64,000 nucleotides of DNA from Macrostomum lignano (taxonomy: Eukaryota), in assembly GCA_002269645.1 (NCBI GenBank), contig NIVC01000018.1:124001-188000 (forward strand). Reading direction: 5' to 3'. The position numbers and the translations under genes were made by a program. The notes below the pieces were generated by a model. The model was not told the origin of the DNA. It was given only the letters and a program-made list of their open reading frames with translations, and ran no database searches. This document shows positions 49,401 to 61,507 of the stretch, one piece after another (position 1 is the first letter of the stretch; each line of letters opens with the position of its first letter).

Positions 49401-49874
49401 TGTGAGGATTTGTGTGTAGAATTGTAATTAGCAGATTTGTAGGACTTTTAGGCATTTTTTAGAAATCAGTTGGTAAAGTTTTGTTTCTTGTAAAAGTAAG
49501 GAACTCTGCCGCATCCTTGATGACTTTGGAGTGGCTTTGATCCGGACTCAGATACCTCCGATCCCGTCCCTCACCTAACCGATCCGCCTCTTTATACAGT
49601 TCCCACTTGTGCGTGCGCCCTTGTCGGCTTGTCAACTAATCCCCAGAGTGGAGAGAGAGGGGAGAAGCAAGACGCAACAACACCCTTGGCTAGAAGGATT
49701 TGGTCACGCAGTCTCCATTCTGAGCTGGCCTGGCCTTTTGTACCTGAAATTTTCTCCCAGCTGCTTTTTCATCTTCTATACTCCCCATGATGCAGCAGTT
49801 GGTCCAGGGAGACCTTTGACTAGAAATCTGGTGCACCCCAACTCTTGCAGATAGGCTTAACAAATCATTTACTT

Positions 49875-50774
49875 AGGAAATCTCATCCTAGGGGATTAAA
49901 ATCCAGTTGGGAAATCTCATCCTTTGGGATTTAAAGCCAATTGGGAAATCTCATCCTAGGGGATTAAAATCCAGTTGGGAAATCTCATCCTTTGGGATTT
50001 AAAGCCAATTGGGAAATCTCACCCTTTGATATTTGAATCCAATACGGAAATCTCATCCTTTAAGATTTTAATCATATTGGGAAATCTCATCCTTTGGGAT
50101 TTAAATCCAAATAGGAAATCTCATCCTTGAAATTTGATGCCAATTGGGAAATCTCATCCTTTGGGATTTAAATCCAATCGGGAAATCTCATCCTTTGAGA
50201 TTTGCATCTAATTAGGAAATATTATGCTTTGAGATTTGAATCCAATTGAGAAATCTCATCCTTTGAGATTTGAATCCAATTGAGAAATCTCATCCTTTGA
50301 GATTTGAATCCAATTGAGAAATCTCATCCTTTGAGATTTGAATCCAATCGGGAAATCTCATCCTTTGAGATTTGCATCTAATTAGGAAATATTATGCTTT
50401 AAGATTTGAATCCAATTGAGAAATCTCATCCTTTGAGATTTGAATCCAATTGAGAAATCTCATCCTTTGAGATTTGAATCCAATTGAGAAATCTCATCCT
50501 TTGAGATTTGAATCCAATCGGGAAATCTCATCCTTTGAGATTTGCATCTAATTAGGAAATATTATGCTTTAAGATTTGAATCCAATTGAGAAATCTCATC
50601 CTTTGAGATTTGAATCCAAATGGGTAATCTCATCCTTTAGGATTTGAATCCAAATGGGAAATCTCATCCTTTAGGATTTGAATCCAAATGGGTAATCTCA
50701 TCCTTTAGGATTTGAATCCAAATGGGAAATCTCATCCTTTAGGATTTGAATCCAAATGGGAAATCTCATCCTTT
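49875..50774. repeat. 34-bp minisatellite (GAAATCTCATCCTTTGAGATTTGAATCCAATTGA)n
   Basis: Period 34 (50281 to 50315). Confidence 0.95.
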
Positions 50775-51893
50775 CAGCTGCGCAGTGTCCAAAAGTTGGA
50801 CACAAAAGTAGTCGACTGAGCCTGAGGGCAAGAAACTTACAAATACCGGTTCAACCAAAATATGTCGCGTGTAAATGATGAGGTAATGATGAGGCTCTTT
50901 AGGGAAGCATTGGCAATCCAGATCCTCGTTGAAGGTCGCCTTGGTTTTTGGACAGAAATCGCGGTTGAAATAGGGAGGAATCCACTTTGACAGGCATCGC
51001 GACGGCGTCGGGATGGAGGGCGAGATATTGATGTGAGGGATTTCTGTTTTTTACTCTCCGACCGGTTGGCAAGCGGCGTCTCGTTCCGCATTGCCGCACA
51101 CATTCAGTCCGCGCGTTCTTCTGTCTTCTTATTCTCACAGCCGGGTGAGGCTGGGCTAAGCCTGAGTTGAGCTGCCCCCCCCCCTCGCAACCTGCCGTGT
51201 GGCGTGGCATTGACAATAGGATGGGGGAAGCTATAGAAGTCTCTGGCGCGTTTTAAGCCTCATTATTATTGAATCGTTTAATTGGAGCCTTACCTGCAAG
51301 CTTACCTTACCTTTTGCGGCCCCATTTGGGGAGTTGGACGTGAGGGAGGCAGTGGGTTTGAGTTTGAGCACCTAAAAAATTTTCTCCGTCATGTCTCTCA
51401 CTCTCACTCTCACTATAGTGTTTTGGCGTCTAGTTGTGCACTTTTATGAGGACTGTCTCTCCTCTATACAGACAGGCGTTAACTTGATCTCACTTGAATT
51501 TAAATCTACGTTATTTATTTTTAATATCGGATTTCACTCTGTTTTGTTTGGAGTTTTACTGACTTATTCGGGCTCATTGCACTGACGTCTTTTATCTCTG
51601 TACGAGTAGTGTTCGGTTATTTCTTGCTTGGTTGGGGGAGAGGTTTCTCAATTGCAGTCATTTTTTCTGCTCTCCTGGGTATATATACCGGTACTCGTAG
51701 GTCAACTTTCAGCTTGAGGCTGAAGTCCACGTCCATGCAGTCTCCTTTATTTTCTATTTTTGTCACCCTTGAGTTCCTCTTCAATGTGCCAAGTGTCGGG
51801 TTGGGGTAACCAATGCTATGATGGGGCGAGAAAAGTATGAATTGAATGAGGAACCTGTATTCAGAGGAATGTGTCCTCACTATCTTGCCTTTT

Positions 51894-51978
51894 CTGTCTG
51901 TCTGTCTGTCTGTCTGTTTGTGTGTCTGTCTGTCTGTGTGTCTGTCTGTGTGTCTGTCTGTCTGTCTGTCTGTCTGTG

Positions 51979-52029
<51 letters not shown>

Positions 52030-52042
52030 GTGTCTGTCTGTG

Positions 52043-52105
<63 letters not shown>

Positions 52106-52210
52106 GTGTCTGTCTGTGTGTCTGTCTGTCTGTCTGTCTGTGTGTCTGTCTGTCTGTCTGTCTGTCTGTGTGTCTGTCTGTGTGTCTGTCTGTCTGTGTG
52201 TCTGTCTGTG

Positions 52211-52241
<31 letters not shown>

Positions 52242-52282
52242 GTGTCTGTCTGTCTGTCTGTCTGTCTGTGTGTCTGTCTGTG

Positions 52283-52317
<35 letters not shown>

Positions 52318-52330
52318 GTGTCTGTCTGTG

Positions 52331-52397
<67 letters not shown>
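51894..52397. repeat. (TCTG)n/(TG) microsatellite
   Basis: Direct reading. Confidence 0.97.
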
Positions 52398-54066
52398 TTC
52401 TAAGCCAACTTATCGGTCTTCTTTGCCCTTTCACCTTATGATCTCATATTTTTATTTATTAGTCAATATTTTCCATCACCATTCAAGCCCGATGCGCACC
52501 CCCTGTAAAGTGTTTAATTGAATTTTTATCGCGAACGCCTATCTCTGGCTCCACTTTCTAGCAGCCGGTATAGTTAATTAACAATACGTAGAGTACTTTT
52601 AAGTGTCAACTGTACAATGTCTTCAGTTTGCCCGTGAGTTGGGTGCTGCAGTTTTATTAGGCGAAATCCGTCTAAATTCTTTCCCCTCTCTAAGATGCTG
52701 CCAGCCGTGCACTTGGGCCAAAGCTGCATTGGTTTGCAATGCTCCCCTCTCTTCCTAATTGAACGCATATACGGGCGTATGAGATGAGGAAAGAAAGTTC
52801 TACCGCGTAGTACGCCGCGCCGCGCCTAGCCGCTATATCGCATAGATTGTTTTGCGCCTCTTCTAGGAGCGAAGGCCAAGCGGCAGGAAAGGGGCCTGCG
52901 GCCTGGGCGGATTTGCCTGCCTGCTAAGCCTTCTTCCTATGTGTTTGTTCAATAATGCATGCTTCCTGCCTTCCTTCTGCTGCCCCATCTTATCCCCCTC
53001 TCTCTGGATCCGTGAGCCGGCCAGCCGAGTCTGTAAATGTTGCAGCGCCGGAGCTGGCGCAGAGTATGGATGGCCGAGCAGAGCCATTCAGCTGTGGCTT
53101 CAATTTCATTACTCTACATCCAGCTTGGCCCCTCTCTGTATCTCGGTTTCTTGATTCTGCGGCACTTAACCGCTGGTCCTATATTGCTTAGCTGTATTAA
53201 TATCAGATTGATCTCTCGCATGACTGATGAGCTCTTCTTAGTCGTATTAGTGAGATACGCACGCTGATCCTGCGTAATTGCGGGTGATTAAATTGTAGCG
53301 TGAAAAATATAGTAGTAATCCTGTTCCTTTCGGCAAAACTAAGGAGAATTATTCAAATCCCCGAGTAGAGATCAGTCTCTTTATGGTTGCACGTGTATAT
53401 ATCGGCTAGGTTACAAGGGCACTTGCACTGATTAGCAATACGGCTTACATATATAAGGCTACTTTTACTTATTTGGTTGTTTTAGTCTAACTACAAGCAC
53501 TGTTCAGCAATTGGTCATAAAACTGGGTTGCTGTAACTTTATAATCCCTTCTTCCGTGTTTTTGTAAGTTTTATTTTCTGACAGTGGATAAAAATCCTTC
53601 TTGTACGAGTACCACACATGTATTTGTGGTGCCGGTCATTAACTAGCACTTTCTATTCACAAGCGAGCTTTTTTCACGCATTTAAATACGAGCCCAGATT
53701 GCAACCGCAACGCACAGTAGAAAACAAATAAAAAACTGCTTTCTTCTATTTAGAATAAGTAGCAATGCGTTAGGCCTGCGCCATTAATAAGGTAGCTATT
53801 TATTTGCACAGACGCTTAGAAGAAAACAACAAACACTTTTTGCTAATGTGTGCAAGCCGAGTAATTAATTACGATAATTGTGCCGCCGTTAGGTATATGA
53901 TAAAATTGCCAAGTAGAAAAATATTAGATTTTTTGTTTACGAGTAATTAAACTGTGGCATACTATTCTGCACTAGACACGCTAATATTGCTAGCCTAGTT
54001 ATGTTGGGGGATACTCGAGCGCTATTGTTAGTTGACCAGTGATGTCACAAGCTCAAGCAACTGTGC

Positions 54067-54747
54067 TCACTGCCTCTCTTTGCCCCCGTGCACCTCCATC
54101 AGTCGCATGCGGCCCATTGCCAGAGCACACCTGTCCTCTTTGTCCATACGTTTGAATACCTGGCTGCGCTCGATTCGTTCAACGCTCCAGTCCATCAGGA
54201 GGCAGAGACTGACGCGTTCCAATCGGGGACACCCATACACGCGAGCAAGGGCGTAGCACTCCATTGGGCACAGGCGCTGCTGCTGCCTGTGCAGATCCTT
54301 CTCCATGTCGGGGCCTGCAGGTTTCCCCGTCGGCGGCAGCTCCACTGGGTCTGTGCTAGCTAAGAATGCCTCCACAATAATGTCCTCCGCCGTCTGCTTG
54401 ATGTGCTCAATCTGGTACTCATTGGCTAGTATTATCATAGCCGGCGCCTGCTGCAGGCTGAGCCGATGCGGCGTGGACGGGTACAGCAGCCGGAGCAGCT
54501 CTTCGACATCGGTAGCCGATTTGCCGGGCAGCTGAATGAATTGTTCATGGCCGGGGCTGTAGCTTTGAAATGTGTCCTTCTGTAGTATCTTTGCAAACAC
54601 TGGAGAGGCAGCGGTGAGCAGGTCTCGGAGGGTGTACAGTAGCTTGCCTTCAACCTCGATTATTAGATTGCTCTCCGGGTGATGGCAGTCTTCGCTGGTG
54701 CCCGGAATACTGTCCAGTTTTTTCGGGCTAGCGCTCTCCTTGTAAAC
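54067..54747 (-). CDS. BTB/POZ-domain protein exon 2
   Basis: Acceptor gcccag|GTT phase 0; SNLIIEVEGKLLYTLRDLLTAASPVFAKIL...IQLPGKSATDVEELLRLLYP...MIILANEYQIEHIKQTAEDII is a classic BTB; TGA at 54067. Confidence 0.88.
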   Translation of the reverse strand, partial: VYKESASPKKLDSIPGTSEDCHHPESNLIIEVEGKLLYTLRDLLTAASPVFAKILQKDTFQSYSPGHEQFIQLPGKSATDVEELLRLLYPSTPHRLSLQQAPAMIILANEYQIEHIKQTAEDIIVEAFLASTDPVELPPTGKPAGPDMEKDLHRQQQRLCPMECYALARVYGCPRLERVSLCLLMDWSVERIERSQVFKRMDKEDRCALAMGRMRLMEVHGGKERQ

Positions 54748-54996
54748 CTGGGCAATTCAATTCGAATTAGAGGGCATTCAGCAAAGAGAGCAATTAATGC
54801 GTTTGAAGGCTACTCAATTGCCACTGGACCGGACAAATCAAGCCTATTATTTGACTTCTTTTTCAAGAGCCCGATAGCTTGAAATATTGTATAGTACGAT
54901 AATAAATAAGCCTTGCGTTATGTGAACTCTGGGATCCGAGGACTTTTCGCTATAAAAGTAAGCTTAAAGACCTTGAGGCATAACGATTTCACTTAC

Positions 54997-55494
54997 CTGC
55001 GTGCCCTTGTTCACATAGTACGGATTCTCCGGCGGAAACCAGTCGCTATGCACCAAGTCGAAGTCAACCATGAGCTGATAGCGATCTCTGTAAGTGTTGT
55101 CCCGCTGAATGAGATCCTTGCGAACCCAGAATACGGACACGTCGCACTTGTTTAGCACGCTCAGCTTCGAGTGAAACGTCAACTCCTTCCAACCGCAGTC
55201 GCGGCTCATGTACTTGAATCTCAACAGCAGATGACACGCTTTAAGTGGCAGTACCGGCTTCACTTTTAATTGGAAGAACCGTTTCTGGCCCTCAACTGTG
55301 CAGTACATATGGCAGATCAGGTGCTCAGCTACTAGCCGCATCTCGCGAGCTTCAGCATCGTCCGAAGCTGGCGGACTAACGATAAAGTCGATCAGTCGTT
55401 TTGGAGTGCACTTGCGACCGTCATCGGGCACGTAGAATTGCGTCTGCAACGGTTTGAGAAACGTTGTCGACAACCGGCCCTGATCGGCTGACAT
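54997..55494 (-). CDS. BTB-domain protein exon 1 (beta-rich, MATH-like N-terminal region)
   Basis: ATG 55494; donor CAG|gtaagt at 54997/54996, phase 0, in frame with exon 2; the C-terminal part FWVRKDLIQRDNTYRDRYQLMVDFDL resembles the end of MATH domains (inference). Confidence 0.78.
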
Positions 55495-58400
55495 AGCCTT
55501 TTCTTAGAAATCTAGAAATCCGGTAGCTTTTCCCACTTCAAAGCTGCGTGCTTCCTTTGCTGCGTGCCGGGGCTCGAAGTTTAGTCCTCCTCTTCTCTGG
55601 AGCCTATGCTAGAGTAGGCTGCCCAGTTTGCCTGTTTTATTCTCTCTAGCGTCTTCCTCATTCGGCCCCTCTAGAATGAAGCACCCTTAAAGGGAACTGA
55701 ACTCCCTGTCCTCCACTCTGAGCTTGCAGCGATTCTATTGGCTCGCCGACTTGAGTTCAAATCCTCCGACAGAACTGCTTCAGTTCTTCATTTTCAACAG
55801 GATTTCCTTCGTTGGCAAGTGGGAATGGAACGAGAGCTAGAAAATGAAAAAAGCTATTTCTTTGCTAAAAATGTTCACGAGTGTCTTATCCAGATTGCCC
55901 TAAGCAATACAAATACAACAAAAAATGCCTTCAGTCAGTAATATTCGTCTTTTTCCCTTCTCGCTTTCAGTCATGGATAATAAAATTTACATTTTGGGAG
56001 AGACACTTTCTTCCCAAAGTTTGCAGCACCATAGCAATGCATGAATATTTGTCAACTTAGTTGCTTTAAGCTATTAGCTACCCCACAACGTGTTTTTTTA
56101 GACAAGCCTCACCCTCACTATCTGTTCAGAATTCAGACAAAAAAATAGATGACCTCTAAAATTCTAAAATGGAGAAATTTTCCCCGGCTTCCGGCTTCCC
56201 ACATTTTTCCATAAAGCGCCATAGCAAAGTCCAGTTAATTATCTTGATTAGAACTCGGATGAGAAACCTCATAAGCTCGTAATTTTTCCTGCACCAACTA
56301 TGGCCTATTGTAAAAAAGAATATTACTTCTTCCCCCTTGCTTTTGGTTTCTCTTTGTCCATGTTCGCTTCCATTTCCTTTCCGCCCTTCCTTCATTCCAT
56401 TTGCTCGGACCTCGGAACGCTGAAGTGACTTAGACTCCACTATCAGTTCCCAATTTCCATACATTGTCACCCTGGAGCATATCCTTGGAACAAGCCAGCC
56501 CTTACGAGTATTCACTACTCGCACAATTGTTTATAAAAGCGCACGTTGTTGTTCCTCTACCTCCAAAAGCTATGTATGTTCTTTAGTGCCTGTCCAGGGA
56601 AGCCTCTATGGTCACTGCGCTTCCCGGGATTCCATTCCTATTATCTAGGCACTAAGTATATCAAGATATCCTTGCAGAGTAGCAGGTTAGCAAAATGAAG
56701 GTGTGTTCGTCTGTTAATATAGTTTTGTTAGAAATTTTTTGTCAGTTTTTGCTGCATTTCGTGCACCTTGAGAACAACACGTGCAGACCATTGAACAGTG
56801 ATTTATGTAATATTATCGCGAACCATACTGTATAAAATATTGTTTGAAAACGTTAATATTCCTCCTATTCAAATTCGATACTTACTCTGCTCCTAGAAGT
56901 TAGTAAAACAGAATTTTTTATTATACTTAGGAAGTAGTATAGTGTAATGTCCATTCTATTCATTCATCCAAGCGGGACAAGAGTACACAGTGTTATCTGT
57001 ATAATCGGAAAGTTCTGTTGAGAATTGAGACCCGTAGAAGTTTAAAGCACAGAAAGCTCAATGTCTGTCTTAGACTGGGCGAATGGGAACACGTGTAGCT
57101 GCCTTCCTTTCGTCGTCGAGAATCTTCTCCGTCCTACAGGAGAACAGAATCCAAAGCAGCTGAATCGAATAATTCCCACGGAGAGTCGCTGAGACTGAGT
57201 TGAGACAGCTAAATCGATGCCTTGACCGTTTTTTATATTTTCTATCTTCTTTCCCCTCGTTCGCCTAAGTTTCTTTTGGCACAAAGGGACAAGATACACG
57301 CGCTAGGGAACCTCTTTCCTTCGTGTGTTTTAGTTGTTTCAGTATTTAATTATTTAGTGACTGTGTAACAATAATATTTCCAGCATTTCTTGAATGCTAT
57401 AATTGGGAATAGTTCTACGAGCATATCTGAGAGAAGACTGGTTATTACTTTTAAGGCAATGATATTATGGCGAACAAATCTCCGCATCTGAAATCGAGAT
57501 ATCGAGATGTCAGGCCTTTTTTATACCCTTCAACATGAGACTCGCAATGATCGCTGACTGCAGGATATTCATGGAAATGGCAAGGGACTTGGCTCTCTTT
57601 ATAACAAAGGCCAGCGAACAGAGAAATAAGACGCTATAAAAGTGAAGCAGCACTGTCTTTTTATGTCAGGCATTACACTTTACCGCTGCTCTATTTACTC
57701 CTCTACTATGGGATAAAAGGCACCCGGGGTTCTAATATCGCATTGCACTCAAGCTTCAACGTTGCATGCTTTCGCCGCCACTCATTTACCTGGAAATTGA
57801 CGGTTACCTGGAATTTAAGCTAGTTTTACTACTGCTGCTACTTCAGCATGGCTATCGATGTTATCTCTGGCAAGCTTTATTGATTTATTGATTTTAGGGA
57901 CATTCCCATCCTATCTTGAAGGTTTCCTTCTCCTCTTGAAATCTATTGCAAATCGGGGTAATGGAAGGTTTACTCAAGCAAGCAAGGTTTTGAGACTACT
58001 CATTGTGGGAGAATCGACATATCCACAGATATCTTTCTCTATTCGAGTTTCCTTTGCTGATGGGGGAGGGCAAACTAGTCTATAATCACTTGCTGCTATG
58101 TGAACTAGCGAACGATATCATATTAATAAGTTATTAATCAACTTTAAGCTGCCCGATGAGCTTTCATCATTGACTAAAAGTCTTAACCTCTGATCATATC
58201 GTATTTACATGAGGCAATGGCTAAGACAAGTCTAAAGTTCTTCAGAGCCTTTCCTGCTGAGCATGGTCCTTGAAGATCGTGCAGTCGTGACCGTGCAGGA
58301 ATCATGCATTCTCCACGGGACAGACTGCAGTGTTGGAATGTCTATGGCCAGTCCTGCTTCCGCACACCGGCCAGCAAAGAATTTTTTATGCTCATTTAAG

Positions 58401-59089
58401 CTTAGGCGTGAAGTAGTTTCAAGAGGAATCATTGAAAATCATGTAGGACAGACTAAAATAACTAACTACAAGGGGAAAAGTACATTCGACAGAATTAATT
58501 ACCGAACTAATGAGGCTTATCAATTCTAATTTTTTCATATCGAGTCCAGGGAAGCATGCATGCATAGTGGCGCACAATTTTGGCGCGTGATTCCTAACTG
58601 GCTTATTGAGGTTTTGCTTGATAAGAAATTAATTAATCGAATGTGTATATATATACATCTGGCCAGCTCTGCAGACTCATTAAAAGTAAAAAGCCTGCAG
58701 CCCCGGCGTGGCCAGATAAATTAGAGACAGCTCTGGGACTCGCCGCTTGCAGCTGGTGGAGAAAAAGCGATGAAATCCGCCTGTCCAACCTTTAGGGACC
58801 GGCACGGCATCCATCATCGCCTTGGCGTGACGGCTAAACTCTGCTATATAGCCTAATAGTTTGTTCACGGGGACTAGCCAGCCAACTTTGCGTGCCTTAA
58901 CCGTTAGTTTTTTCTATCGGCTTTAATCCAGTTTGCTCGCAAGATTTAGATTATCCACTCCCATTATTAATTAGTCTCCAGATTTTTCCCTATTTTTTTG
59001 GCGCCTCCGAAGTTCTAAAACCTCTTCCTTGCCAGGGTCTTTAAATCCTTACAACGTTTTCGAATGGCCTCCGTTTGAATCTTATCAGT

Positions 59090-59348
59090 TACACAGTTCA
59101 CAGTCTAAGAATCCCATCTGTTCACAGTCTAAGAATCCCATCTGTTCACAGTCTAAGATTCCCATCTGTTCACAGTCTAAGAATCCCATCTGTTCACAGT
59201 CTAAGAATCCTATCTGTTCACAGCTTTACAATCCATCTGTTCACAGTCTATGAATTCCATCTGTTCACAGTCCCTAAGAATCCCATCTGTTCACAGTCCC
59301 TAAGAATCCCATCTGTTCACAGTCTAAGAATCCCGTTTGTTCACAATA
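59090..59348. repeat. 24-bp minisatellite (CCATCTGTTCACAGTCTAAGAATC)n
   Basis: About 10 units. Confidence 0.92.
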
Positions 59349-59516
59349 TCTAAGGATTCATGTCTAAGGATAACTATTTGATTATATAGTTAATTTTTAA
59401 TAAATTAATAATTTCATAATGCAATAGAATTTACTAAGAATCATGAATCATAAATCATCATAATCACTAATCTGATAATTTGCCCGCATTCCAGCGCACC
59501 AGCCTCCTCCCGAGCC

Positions 59517-60189
59517 ATGAACCCGCCCAACAGCCGCAACACCCTGCTGGTCTCCGGCCTGTCCCGCAGCATCACCGTTGACGCCCTGATGGGCCACTTC
59601 TGCCAGTGGGGCCACGTCGGCCGAGTCTACCTGGCCGGCACAGCCGACGCCGCGTTCGCCGCGGAGCTGCTCGCCGCCGCCGCCGGGCCGCACGCCGCCC
59701 TGATCGTGTTCACCGATCCCACCTCGGTTGATGCGGCGCTGCAGTCGGCCGGGCCGCACTGCCTCTACGACAGGCCCTACCGCATGGAGCGCTACCGCTG
59801 TCCGGAGTCCCCGGCGAGTCCGGCCGACTCCTCGCCGGAGTCTCAGCTGGCCAGCCTGCGCGATCGGTGCAACCAGCTGCACGTTGAGAACCAGCAGCTG
59901 GCCAGCCTGATCCCCGCCAAGGACAAAGCGGCCCGCCTGTTGCTAGGCAACGTGGAAGCCTGGCGCCAGAAGCTGGCCTGGGTGGAGAAGAAGCGCGTGG
60001 ACGATTTGAATCGGCTGCAGATGAGCGTGGCCGAGCGGCAGCGATCGGTTGATCAGCTGAGCGCCGCGGCTGACAGCCTGCGCCAGCAGCTGGAGGAGCA
60101 GCGGGCAGCCGATTTGGCCGCCAACGCCAGGACTCGCTGGCAGGCCCTGCTAGAACGGGAGAACGCCGCCCTGCTGGCCGTTATGCACG
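59517..60189 (+). CDS. Degenerate RRM plus coiled-coil protein, exon 1
   Basis: ATG 59517; TLLVSGLSRSITVDALMGHFCQWGHVGRVYL...ALIVFTDPTSVDAAL is RRM-like, followed by heptad-rich helices; donor CACG|gtgagg phase 1. Confidence 0.8.
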
Positions 60190-60291
60190 GTGAGGACTAC
60201 TTTTCCTTCGTTTGTCTACTTGTTAGTAGTAGGCTCGGTAAATGTTTGCATCTTGGAAGACAGATAGATTAATAATCCAGAGCCTGGGGTA

Positions 60292-60860
60292 TCTACAGAT
60301 GGGGTGAGGGTGTCTACAGATGGAGTGAGGGTATCTACAGATGGGGTGAGGGTGTCTACAGATGGAGTGAGGGTGTCTACAGATGGAGTGAGGGTATCGA
60401 CAGATGGAGTGAGGGTATCGACAGATGGAGTGAGGGTATCGACAGATGGGGTGAGGGTGTCTACAGATGGAGTGAGGGTATCTACAGATGGGGTGAGGGT
60501 GTCTACAGATGGAGTGAGGGTGTCTACAGATGGAGTGAGGGTATCGACAGATGGAGTGAGGGTATCGACAGATGGAGTGAGGCTATCGACAGATGGGGTG
60601 AGGGTGTCTACAGATGGAGTGAGGGTATCTACAGATGGAGTGAGGGTGTCTACAGATGGAGTTAGGGTATCTACAGATGGGGTGAGGGTATCTGCAGACG
60701 GGGTGAAGGTATCTACAGATGGGTGAGGGTCTACAGATGGGGGGTATTTACAGACAGAGTGAGGGTATCTACAGACGGAGTGAGGGTATCTACAGACAGG
60801 TTGGTGTAAGGGCATCTACAGACAGGTTGGTGTAAGGGCATCTACAGACAAGCTGGGGTG
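60292..60860. repeat. 21-bp minisatellite (TCTACAGATGGAGTGAGGGTG)n in the RRM-gene intron
   Basis: About 25 units. Confidence 0.95.
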
Positions 60861-60941
60861 TCTTCAGGCAGACTAGTATATCTACAGACGCAGGCAGCTG
60901 GCATCTATGGACCTAATCGATGCCGCCATTAATCCCCGCAG

Positions 60942-61507
60942 CCAAGAGCAAGGACCCGGGCCCAATGCAGCAGCTGGCCGCCACTCTGCAGTCGGCCCGT
61001 CAGGAGATGCGCGCCCAGGAGGCGGAGAATTCGCGTCTCACGCAGCTGCTCAACCAGCGTGATGCCCAGTTCCGCCGGCTCACCGAGCAGCTGGAGGAAA
61101 CCAACGGCAATCTGGGCCGGCTGGCCAATGAAGGCGGCGGCCAGCAGCAGCAGGTTGTGCAGTCTCTGACTGCCGAGCGGGATCGGCTGCGCGCTGAACT
61201 GCTGAAAGCTGTGGCCAGCAGCGGCGGCGGGGGAGCCAAAACTGGCGCGGAGGCTGCCGTTAGCCCCGATGCCGGCGGATTGGTGTCGGACGCTGAAAAC
61301 GACGCCAACTCGTCAAAGAATGTCGGCGGCAACAAGCAGCAGGCTGAACAGGCTGAAGCTGCCGCTGCTGTCGAGGACAACAAAGCTGGCGTCTGTGGCG
61401 GCAGCGGCGTCGAAGACGAGAACGACACCCCTGAGCAGCCGGTTGCTGCGGCTACAGGCCGCAAACCGCTGGGTCCGATGAACTCAGCCCAGGCCGTGCA
61501 GCAGTGA
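60942..61507 (+). CDS. Degenerate RRM plus coiled-coil protein, exon 2 (coiled coil and low-complexity tail)
   Basis: Acceptor ccgcag|CC phase 1 (G+CC=Ala); QQLAATLQSARQEMRAQEAENSRLTQLLNQRDAQFRRLTEQLEE; TGA 61505-61507. Confidence 0.8.

Noticed and set aside
51818-52521. VCLS/TDRQ repeat ORFs
   Set aside because: (TCTG)n microsatellite.
55700-58900. Scattered 60-120-aa ORFs suggesting a decayed gene or transposon
   Set aside because: No recognisable motifs (no RT, integrase or DDE signature) and no consistent splice pattern.
60216-60815. TPSVDTL / VRVSTDG repeat proteins
   Set aside because: 21-bp intronic minisatellite inside the RRM gene.
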